DNA of 46,588 nucleotides from an uncultured Desulfovibrionaceae bacterium (GTDB lineage Bacteria > Desulfobacterota > Desulfovibrionia > Desulfovibrionales > Desulfovibrionaceae). Below, one piece after another: positions 9,409 through 17,041 of the stretch; position 1 is the first letter of the stretch; each line of letters starts with the position of its first letter. The stretch spans positions 1 through 46,588 of the forward strand of contig CAYJOQ010000001.1 in the NCBI GenBank assembly GCA_964371825.1, given 5' to 3'. The notes below the pieces were generated by a model. The model did not search any database. It saw only the letters and a program-made list of their open reading frames with translations, and was not told the DNA's origin. A program made the translations under genes and the position numbers.

Positions 9409-10662
9409 TTATACTACGCTATTTACACCGCTAAAAGTGCTTAAAGCACCGCCGCTAAATACACCCACAGAACTTTGATTGCTTTGTCCCCACCATGCGG
9501 TAAGATTTTCCATTTCAATACGTTTACGCATGCTTGTTACGTCTATTTGTAAGGATTTTCTCGCAGAATCTAAACCAGCTAAGGCATCTACCTGCATGTA
9601 CTGTTTACTTAGTTCTGCATCCGCATTAATAAGCTTTTGCAATTTTTCAGCATCTGGGTGGGAGCTATTTATGACTATAGCACCATCGGCAATGGAGAGG
9701 CTAAATTCGATATTAGGGTCAATACTTTGCGCTGCAAGGCCATTCTTTATACTTTGCCCTGTTTCATTTTCATTTAATAGGCCTTGTAGGGCGCTCATAT
9801 CTTCTTCTGAAAGGTTATTTGCACTTGCTTTAACGTCTACACTTAAAGAGTTTGTTTGTGTTGTATCTAAGGTGAATGTTACGGAAGTATTACTACTTAT
9901 GCCTTGCTCTTCAAGTAATGCTTTAATTTTTTCGGTAAGCTCAGTTTGTTGTTCTAAGAATTTTTCTAGCTCTTCGTTAACTTCAATGCCCTCAGATAAT
10001 TTTATAGTATCACCTTCAAGGTAAAATTTCATGGGAGAGTTAAGGTCAATGCCTTCTTCTTGTAATGCTTTTTCAAATTCACTTGCAAGTTCATTAGATT
10101 GTAACGACTCTTCTAAGGTGTTTTTCAGTTCTGCAGTATCTATGCTACTTACAATATTAGGCACTACTGTAGCGCCGTTACTTTGCACAGTAAATTGTAT
10201 GTTACCAGAGGTATCAATACCTTTGTCTTTAATATCTTGTAATAATTGTGTGCCAATATTTGGATTAGCATCAAAATAGCTTTGAATGTCGACAGTATCA
10301 GAATGTGTTCCGCCAACGGTGATTTTGCCTTCACTATTGAGCGAGATGGTAAAAGTGGCATCAGGATCAATATTTGTAGCGGCAATACTTGCATTAAGGC
10401 TATTGCTAAATTCACTTTCAAGCTGTTCTTTATATTTATCTATTTGGCTAAACGTAACACGATCATTAGCACTCACACCCATAGCTTCCATGGCGTATTT
10501 AGCAAGTTCTGCTAATGAAGAAACAGTGCTTGTACCATTATATGATAGGGTATCAGTGGCAGTCGTACTTTGTGGATTAGCTGAAGCACCTTGTAATTCT
10601 TGACTTTTCCATTGATACATATATGCAGAGTAATTGCTTGTGGAAATGGAAGAAACAGCCAT
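9409..10662 (-). CDS. Hypothetical acidic, Cys-free, S/T/N/E-rich modular repeat protein (candidate T1SS cargo)
   Basis: 417-aa ORF with no Cys, no signal peptide and no TM. About six ~50-aa modules each start (G/S)I(D/S)-x2-4-hydrophobic-x-F-(T/S/Y)-(L/I/V). AGG SD about 8 nt upstream. No family recognised. Confidence 0.8.
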   Translation of the reverse strand: MAVSSISTSNYSAYMYQWKSQELQGASANPQSTTATDTLSYNGTSTVSSLAELAKYAMEAMGVSANDRVTFSQIDKYKEQLESEFSNSLNASIAATNIDPDATFTISLNSEGKITVGGTHSDTVDIQSYFDANPNIGTQLLQDIKDKGIDTSGNIQFTVQSNGATVVPNIVSSIDTAELKNTLEESLQSNELASEFEKALQEEGIDLNSPMKFYLEGDTIKLSEGIEVNEELEKFLEQQTELTEKIKALLEEQGISSNTSVTFTLDTTQTNSLSVDVKASANNLSEEDMSALQGLLNENETGQSIKNGLAAQSIDPNIEFSLSIADGAIVINSSHPDAEKLQKLINADAELSKQYMQVDALAGLDSARKSLQIDVTSMRKRIEMENLTAWWGQSNQSSVGVFSGGALSTFSGVNSVV

Positions 10663-10712
10663 AATAACCTCGCAGGTAAAAAATACCGTATTAATTTTTT
10701 ATACCTATGAGA

Positions 10713-10729
10713 TTGCAAAAAAAAGGCCA
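10713..10729 (-). promoter_or_regulatory. Candidate sigma-54 (-24/-12) promoter for the 417-aa gene
   Basis: Minus strand reads TGGCCT-TTTTT-TTGCA against consensus TGGCAC-N5-TTGCA. GG/GC spacing is correct. About 50 nt upstream of the ATG at 10662. Confidence 0.35.
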
Positions 10730-10814
10730 AAGTATGTAATATATTGTTATAAAAGATTTATTTTGCATTTTTAAGCCTATGCGGAAAAAATTGTCCATAA
10801 GCAAAATGCATATA

Positions 10815-11025
10815 GTAAGACTCCTGCACAATTCATTGTGCGGAGTTTTTTGGAGCATTGGCGCTAGCCATTGCGACCAAAAATCAAGAGTAAGCGCAAT
10901 TCACTTGCGTAGTTAAGCGATTGATTTTTGTGCCTTTTGTCCTGCACAAGTAAATTTTCAAACTTAAGTAAATTTATTGCAAAAGCACAAAAATAAAATT
11001 GGAAAATAATTATGCAGCACTCTCA
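10815..11025 (+). repeat. Composite structured repeat region including family-A copy A2 (10907-11025)
   Basis: 10907-11025 matches the reverse complement of 46471-46588. 10971-11025 matches 1-55. 10820-10846 is an inverted copy of the hairpin at 39237-39270. Internal stems at 10878-10887/10921-10930 and 10924-10939/10980-10994. Confidence 0.85.
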
Positions 11026-11081
11026 TAGTAGTGGGATAAAAAAAATAGACAGTTCATGGAAAATACGCTAAGTGATAAGGT

Positions 11082-12074
11082 ATGTCAGAAACTACTGTGC
11101 ATTATGAAACGGTCTCTTTTGACGATGCTGTTTTTGCAAATATGTTGTTTGGCCCACAAAATATGCATCTTGATGCTCTTGCAAAAATAAGCGGAGCAAC
11201 CATTTTTTCAAAAGGAACCAACGTAACCATTGGTACGTCAAATCAAGAGACTTTGCATCGTCTTTGCAATCTTTTTGTGCAATTATATGAATATGTACAA
11301 GAAGGTAGCACATTAACAAAGCACGATATCACACAAGCGTATGCTATGCTAGAAACAAAGCCCCATCTTTCTTTGCGCCATATTTACAAAGATACAATTT
11401 TTGTGGCAGCACCACGTAAAACTGTGTTTGCCAAAAACCTTGCGCAAAAAAATTATCACGAATTATTAACAAAAAAAGAAATGGTGTTTTCTCTTGGGCC
11501 GGCTGGTACTGGTAAAACCTATCTTGCTGTGGCTATGGCTGTTTCTATGTTACAACAGCACAGGGTTAAGAAGATTGTTCTTACAAGGCCTGCAGTTGAA
11601 GCTGGAGAAAGACTTGGCTTTTTGCCAGGAGACTTAGCTGATAAAGTTAATCCATATCTACGTCCACTGTATGATGCTTTATATGATATGATACCCCAAG
11701 CAAAGGTTGCTTCTATGCTTGAAACCGGTATTATTGAAGTTGCACCACTGGCATTTATGCGTGGACGAACGTTAAATGATGCCTTTATCATTCTTGATGA
11801 AGCACAAAATACAACCCCAGAACAAATGAAAATGTTTTTAACGCGCCTTGGTTTTGGCTCACGAGCTGTCATTACAGGCGATATAACACAAATAGACCTT
11901 CCTCCACAGTGGGGAGATAAGGGTGAAGAAGCGCGTTCTGGCCTTGTGCAGGCCATACGTATTTTACGCTCAATTAAAAATATTGGGTTTCATCATTTTA
12001 CCGAAAAAGATGTGGTTAGACATCCTCTTGTCAGCGCCATTGTAGCAGCCTATGATACACAAAATACCAAATAA
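11082..12074 (+). CDS. phoH: PhoH-family ATPase
   Basis: 330-aa ORF with Walker A GPAGTGKTYLAV and the PhoH-like 'AFIILDEAQNTT' box. Followed by the conserved 7TM-HD and ybeY genes. Confidence 0.92.
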   Translation: MSETTVHYETVSFDDAVFANMLFGPQNMHLDALAKISGATIFSKGTNVTIGTSNQETLHRLCNLFVQLYEYVQEGSTLTKHDITQAYAMLETKPHLSLRHIYKDTIFVAAPRKTVFAKNLAQKNYHELLTKKEMVFSLGPAGTGKTYLAVAMAVSMLQQHRVKKIVLTRPAVEAGERLGFLPGDLADKVNPYLRPLYDALYDMIPQAKVASMLETGIIEVAPLAFMRGRTLNDAFIILDEAQNTTPEQMKMFLTRLGFGSRAVITGDITQIDLPPQWGDKGEEARSGLVQAIRILRSIKNIGFHHFTEKDVVRHPLVSAIVAAYDTQNTK

Positions 12075-14415
12075 GAAAAACTCACTATTGCATACCGTTA
12101 AAATGCTCTATACATGGCATCATTGCGGGCAAGGACTCTTTATATTCTTTACGTCATTATTTGTGCTCTCTGTGCTTGCCGGTATGAATTTTTATAATAA
12201 ACCCCATCTGTATGTTGCCGGTAATGTGGCAACTTCAGATATTGTGGCAGAGCGCAGTTTATTGGTAGAAGATGTTTTTGCAACAAATTTTCGCCGTGAA
12301 CAATTGCAATTGGCGCAGCCCTTTGTTTTTGACTTAAGTTATGCAAGTTATGTGGATTTTAATACAAGAATATTAGATATCCTTAAAGAAATTAATGGCA
12401 TTAGCGATGATGGTTCTTTTTCTGGTCTTGCTGGTTTAGATGAAAACCTCACACCACAAGTGGCAGAAGATGTTATTGTGCAGCTTGCGCGCCCTCGTGT
12501 ACAAAGGTATATAATAAATGAACTTATGCCCATGATTCGCGAAATATTATATGCGGGTATTGTAAGTGATATTCGTATGGGGCGTGTGGGTGAGCCAGGG
12601 GCGATTATACGTATTATAGAAACTAATGACGAGATTTTACGTACAGATATTAACACCTTACCAGATCTTCAATCTACAATTGTGCAATTAGGTGCAGCTT
12701 TGCGCCAAGAAAAACTTCTTTCTCCTGTAGAGCAAAGAGCGATTCTTGTGTTACTTTCTGCCTACTTACCACCATCATTAACCTTTAACAAAGAAGCTAC
12801 CGATGAAAGGGCTTCAGCCGTAACATCTATGGTTGAACCGGTGTATTATACTTTACAGCGCGGTGAAATGATTGTGCGTAAAGGTGAGCTTGTCACAAGA
12901 GATCAACAAGCTAAATTACAGGCCATGTATTCAGAGGCAAATTCATGGTTACAGTGGCGCTATTCTTTAGGTTTTTTACTTTTAAGTGGTATTATTTCTC
13001 TTGGTTTGCTTGTAGCTCCAAGTGGCAATCCAAGTTCTCCATTGCGTTGTAAAGATTATGTATTTATGTCGCTCCTTCTTGTTTCTTCAACATTGATTGC
13101 TAAGATAATTTCTTTCCTTGCCATGGATTCAGGAGAGCAAACAACCCTTGTTGCTTTAGCATATGCCTTTCCTGTGGCGGGTGTTGTGGGGCTTGTTGCT
13201 ATGGTTTTTGCTGCAAGGCGTTATTGTACCATGGGGCTCCTTTTGGCAATTTTTGCCACGGTTATGTTTAAGGGAGATTTACAGCTCTTTTTCTTTTATT
13301 TTTTGGGCGGTATGCTCAGTACCTTACTTGTTACCAAGGCGCAAAGTCGTCAAGATGTGGTATGGAGTATTCTTCCTTTAACAGCAGGGCAAGCTCTTTT
13401 TTGGTTTGCAGCAGCATGTATTGGTCAAACACCCATATCGCAATACCCACTACAACTTCTTTTTGTGGTATTAAATAGCGTTGTATCCTTACTTATGTTT
13501 TTTGCCTTTAGCCCTGTTCTTGAACTCTTTTTTGGGTATACAACTCGCTTTAGACTTATGGAGTTAATGAGTCTTGAACAACCATTACTTCAAGATATGA
13601 TGGTAAAAATGCCCGGCACCTATCACCATTCATTAATTGTAGCAAATATGGTGGAGGCTGGGGCAAAGGCCATTGGCGCTAACAGTTTACTCTGTAAGGT
13701 AGGGGCATTATATCACGATGTTGGTAAGCTTATGCACCCTGAATATTTTATTGAAAACCAATTTGGTGGACGCAATAAACATGATAAACTATCACCATCC
13801 ATGAGTGCGCTTATTTTAACATCACATGTTAAAAAAGGTACTGAGTTTGCGCAGCAACATAAGCTTGGTCAAGAAATCAGTGATATTATACGTCAACACC
13901 ATGGTACCCGTGTTATCCGTTTCTTTTATCAAAAGGCTCTTGATTTGGGTGAAAATCCACGCGAATCTGATTTTAGTTATACAGGACCACGCCCCCAAAC
14001 ACGAGAATCGGCAATTTTAATGCTCGCAGACTCTGTAGAAGCTTCATGTCGTACTTTAAGTGATCCTACTCCAGCTCGTATAAAAAGCCACATTGATGGT
14101 ATTATGAAGGGTATTTTTTCTGAAGGGCAACTTGATGAATCTGAACTTACCTTTAAAGATTTGCATAAAATTGGAACGCAATTTGAACGTATTTTAACGG
14201 GCATTTTTCACCAAAGGGTGGTGTATCCATCAGGTACACCTAAGGAAGAGCCCAAAATGAAAGAAGCTGTTAAAGATACGGTTGTGAATACTGCAGATGT
14301 TGAAAAGGTTGTATCAGTTATTGATGAAGATATTATTCTTGAAGACGTGAATACAACGCAAAAAGATTCACTAGGATTTACCGCTCATGACTCTCCTAGA
14401 AGACGCATGCAATAG
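12052..14415 (+). CDS. 7TM-receptor HD (HDIG) membrane phosphohydrolase, PgpH/YqfF-like
   Basis: 787-aa ORF. N-terminal TM and extracellular region, a multi-TM block, and a C-terminal HD domain 'HHSLIVANM...GALYHDVGK'. The start may be 12103 instead; 12052 overlaps phoH by 23 nt. Confidence 0.88.
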   Translation: MIHKIPNKKNSLLHTVKMLYTWHHCGQGLFIFFTSLFVLSVLAGMNFYNKPHLYVAGNVATSDIVAERSLLVEDVFATNFRREQLQLAQPFVFDLSYASYVDFNTRILDILKEINGISDDGSFSGLAGLDENLTPQVAEDVIVQLARPRVQRYIINELMPMIREILYAGIVSDIRMGRVGEPGAIIRIIETNDEILRTDINTLPDLQSTIVQLGAALRQEKLLSPVEQRAILVLLSAYLPPSLTFNKEATDERASAVTSMVEPVYYTLQRGEMIVRKGELVTRDQQAKLQAMYSEANSWLQWRYSLGFLLLSGIISLGLLVAPSGNPSSPLRCKDYVFMSLLLVSSTLIAKIISFLAMDSGEQTTLVALAYAFPVAGVVGLVAMVFAARRYCTMGLLLAIFATVMFKGDLQLFFFYFLGGMLSTLLVTKAQSRQDVVWSILPLTAGQALFWFAAACIGQTPISQYPLQLLFVVLNSVVSLLMFFAFSPVLELFFGYTTRFRLMELMSLEQPLLQDMMVKMPGTYHHSLIVANMVEAGAKAIGANSLLCKVGALYHDVGKLMHPEYFIENQFGGRNKHDKLSPSMSALILTSHVKKGTEFAQQHKLGQEISDIIRQHHGTRVIRFFYQKALDLGENPRESDFSYTGPRPQTRESAILMLADSVEASCRTLSDPTPARIKSHIDGIMKGIFSEGQLDESELTFKDLHKIGTQFERILTGIFHQRVVYPSGTPKEEPKMKEAVKDTVVNTADVEKVVSVIDEDIILEDVNTTQKDSLGFTAHDSPRRRMQ

Positions 14416-14428
14416 TTGATAAAACAGT

Positions 14429-14884
14429 ATGTTACAGGTTGTTGTGCATAATGCAACGGGTTTTTTATGCCCAATACCAAGAAGAATATTACAAAGGGTG
14501 CTAGCACATATGCTTGCGCCCTTTGTGGCTCATGGGCAAAATGGGCAATGCATACTCTATGTTGTGCATGATGCACATATGATGCATATGCAAGCTGAGC
14601 ATATGTTATGTACGGGGCCAACGAATATTTTATCCTTTCCTGCTTGTGATAATAACCAAATTATATTTGTGAAAAAAGTTGATGAATTACCTAATATATT
14701 AATACTTTCTGTTGATACTTGGCTGAGAGAATGCTTGCTGTATGGACAAGATGGTATGGAACATTTTTTACGCTTGTTGGCGCATGGTGTTGGGCATATT
14801 CTTGGGTATGATCACGGACCAGAAATGTCTGCACTGTGTGCTACCCTTGAGCAACGAGCGCAAGATTTTTTGGCAGGCTGTTGA
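14429..14884 (+). CDS. ybeY: rRNA maturation endoribonuclease YbeY
   Basis: 151-aa ORF with the zinc motif HGVGHILGYDH and NILSFP. Position after phoH and the HD gene is typical. Confidence 0.9.
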   Translation: MLQVVVHNATGFLCPIPRRILQRVLAHMLAPFVAHGQNGQCILYVVHDAHMMHMQAEHMLCTGPTNILSFPACDNNQIIFVKKVDELPNILILSVDTWLRECLLYGQDGMEHFLRLLAHGVGHILGYDHGPEMSALCATLEQRAQDFLAGC

Positions 14885-14911
14885 AAAACTGCAATCTACG
14901 TTGTCAGATTC
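14876..14911 (+). repeat. Family-C repeat unit, copy C1 (covers the last ybeY codons and its stop)
   Basis: ggctgttgaaaaactgcaatctacgttgtcagattc is about 85% identical to 43659-43694 and about 80% identical to the reverse complement of 44745-44780. Confidence 0.8.
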
Positions 14912-14925
14912 TTTTTTTGCTCTAG

Positions 14926-14975
14926 TTAGTCGATGCTGAAACACGCGTGGAAATGCGTTTTTCAGCATCGACTAA
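14926..14975. terminator. Long hairpin between convergent ybeY and cca (probable bidirectional terminator / repeat module)
   Basis: 21-bp stem 14926-14946/14955-14975 with 1 mismatch and an 8-nt loop. The 3' arm contains the cca stop codon. The arm sequence recurs in family B at 39580-39596. Confidence 0.6.
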
Positions 14976-16069
14976 TGGATGTGTTGTTCATAAAATGTTT
15001 CTAGGGCAAGGCATCGTAATTGCATTAAATATTGACCTGATGCAGCACCTTGATTTCTATGGGCAATGGGCAAATGCACTTTTACAAGATGTTGTTCTGC
15101 GGCAAGACGCACACTACTTACCTTGCTATTGTGTATAATATCCATACATAACCAATAGGGCACACTGAGGCAACTTGCATATATTTTCATAAGATGAGCG
15201 CATTTATCCATCATAGAAAGCTCTTCAAACATTGTAGATTGACTATAATTTTGTGCCATGAGTAGTCCGGATTTTTGCAACGTTGTGCTTAAAGCCAATC
15301 GCTGACACAGGCTTATTACTTGCTGTTTGGTAAGGTTTCTGCAAAGCATCATAAAAGCCATATTTAATAAAAGCGTATCATCGTATACAATAGTATTGTC
15401 TTTTAAAAAAAAATTAATCTTATCAATTGCATAAAAGTATTCTGAGTCCATTGTGTCTAATTCCATAAACCATGGATGTAGAGCTCGTATAGTGTGTATT
15501 GTTATAAAAAAGTTACTGGGTTTTGCACATATAAGCCCTTTACATAATTCTCGCCCCACGCGTTCAGATGGAATGCAGGTATGTAGATTTTTTGTTGTAA
15601 CATTTAATCCGGCATGTATGGCTTCTTCTGTAAGAGAAAATTGAGGAAATTGTGCTGCGAAACGTGCTAAACGGTATATACGTAAAGGATCATTACTAAA
15701 CGCTTCTGGTGAGGCTGGGCGTAAGAAACCGTGTTGTAGATCAAAAAGTGCTTGCGGATGCGCATATAATTTTTGTAAGCATTGGTCTTTAGATATGTTT
15801 TTGGTAGGTACGTGCCTATGAATAGGCATGGCTACAGCGTTAATTGTTATATCGCGCGTATGAAGGTCATGAATAATATCATCCCCTTGTAAGGGCATAT
15901 ATTCACGCCCATCTAAGATGATGACCTTAACTGAGCGACCTACCACTTGCGCATGAGGAAAGAGCGCAAGAAAGTCATGAATATTGCCATTAAAGGCTAT
16001 ATCTGCATCCTTGGGTTCTTTGCCAAGAAGTATATCGCGAACAGCACCGCCAACCATATAAAAGTTCAT
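14972..16069 (-). CDS. cca: tRNA nucleotidyltransferase (CCA-adding) / poly(A) polymerase family, short form without HD domain
   Basis: 365-aa ORF with N-terminal 'VGGAVRDILLGKEPKDADIA' and 'RDITINA' motifs. Confidence 0.85.
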   Translation of the reverse strand: MNFYMVGGAVRDILLGKEPKDADIAFNGNIHDFLALFPHAQVVGRSVKVIILDGREYMPLQGDDIIHDLHTRDITINAVAMPIHRHVPTKNISKDQCLQKLYAHPQALFDLQHGFLRPASPEAFSNDPLRIYRLARFAAQFPQFSLTEEAIHAGLNVTTKNLHTCIPSERVGRELCKGLICAKPSNFFITIHTIRALHPWFMELDTMDSEYFYAIDKINFFLKDNTIVYDDTLLLNMAFMMLCRNLTKQQVISLCQRLALSTTLQKSGLLMAQNYSQSTMFEELSMMDKCAHLMKIYASCLSVPYWLCMDIIHNSKVSSVRLAAEQHLVKVHLPIAHRNQGAASGQYLMQLRCLALETFYEQHIH

Positions 16070-16976
16070 GGAGAGAGTATTGCATATTACTGTAGAAAAA
16101 AAAAGCCGTACTGACGCATCAGTAAATATGATAGCACATATGGAACATTTTTTAGGGCAATGGCAAAGTCATGAATTGCCGGCCGCAATTTCTCTTTTTG
16201 ATAATGTTGACTCAACTCTTGATGTGGCGTGGGATATGGTTGCGCATACTACGCTACCCATATGGGGTTCTGTGCTTGCGCAAAGTCAAAATCAAGGTCG
16301 TGGCCAAACACGAAGACAGTGGCATTCTCCTGCAGGAAATATTTATGCAGCTCTTCGTTTACCCTATGCTGGAACATTTTTAACAAGTGCTGCATCCATA
16401 GCCTTTTCGGTGCTTTTACTTAAAGCCTTTGCGCGCCTTGGCATATATTTGCAGTTAAAGTGGCCCAATGATCTTGTCATTGTAGCCTCTACAGCAGGTA
16501 AGGCACAAAAAGTGGGTGGTATTTTACTTGAAGAACGTAATGGAGTGCTTATGGCAGGAATTGGCATTAACCTTATGCATGCGCCAGATCCTGATATATT
16601 ACGTAAAGATTTCGCCATTCCTGCAGGAAATATCAGCATACCTTCTCAAATTTTGCACAATATATGTCGTAATGAAAACCATAGCTTTTTTTATGCACAA
16701 CCTCTTGCGGAGTGCTTGTGGTTACAGCTTGTAAAACATATGTATCTCTGCTACAAGAACTGCTCGACAACGGATTTTTCTCACGGTGACATGTCATGGA
16801 AAGAAGAGGCAGAAGCTGTATTGTTATGGAAAAATACCGTAGTGCAATTGCATGATGATGATCATTATGTGTGTGGTGTTTTGCAAGGCTTAAACGAGCT
16901 TGGCGAATTGGGGCTTTTGGTGGATAAAAAAGTACAATACTTTATGAACGGTAGCTTACGGTGCGGTACATTGTAA
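16068..16976 (+). CDS. birA: Biotin--[acetyl-CoA-carboxylase] ligase (no N-terminal HTH evident)
   Basis: 302-aa ORF with the 'GRGQTRRQWHSPAGNIY' biotin-ligase motif. Start uncertain; in-frame Mets at 16128 and 16140. Confidence 0.82.
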   Translation: MERVLHITVEKKSRTDASVNMIAHMEHFLGQWQSHELPAAISLFDNVDSTLDVAWDMVAHTTLPIWGSVLAQSQNQGRGQTRRQWHSPAGNIYAALRLPYAGTFLTSAASIAFSVLLLKAFARLGIYLQLKWPNDLVIVASTAGKAQKVGGILLEERNGVLMAGIGINLMHAPDPDILRKDFAIPAGNISIPSQILHNICRNENHSFFYAQPLAECLWLQLVKHMYLCYKNCSTTDFSHGDMSWKEEAEAVLLWKNTVVQLHDDDHYVCGVLQGLNELGELGLLVDKKVQYFMNGSLRCGTL

Positions 16977-17041
16977 GTTCGTATGTTTTATCGCTACATT
17001 TATGTTAATTTGGTAGCTTTTTTTGAGAAAAGGATCTTTTC

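Noticed and set aside
9479-10603. Several plus-strand ORFs (181, 82, 89 and 105 aa) and minus-strand alternative-frame ORFs overlapping the 417-aa gene
   Set aside because: They overlap each other and the only frame that runs the full length with an SD and a coherent repeat architecture. They are probably artefacts of the biased S/T/N/E codon composition.
9409-10662. RTX toxin/adhesin call for the 417-aa protein
   Set aside because: No GGxGxD nonapeptide repeats are present, so it cannot be called RTX. It is kept only as an uncharacterised candidate cargo.
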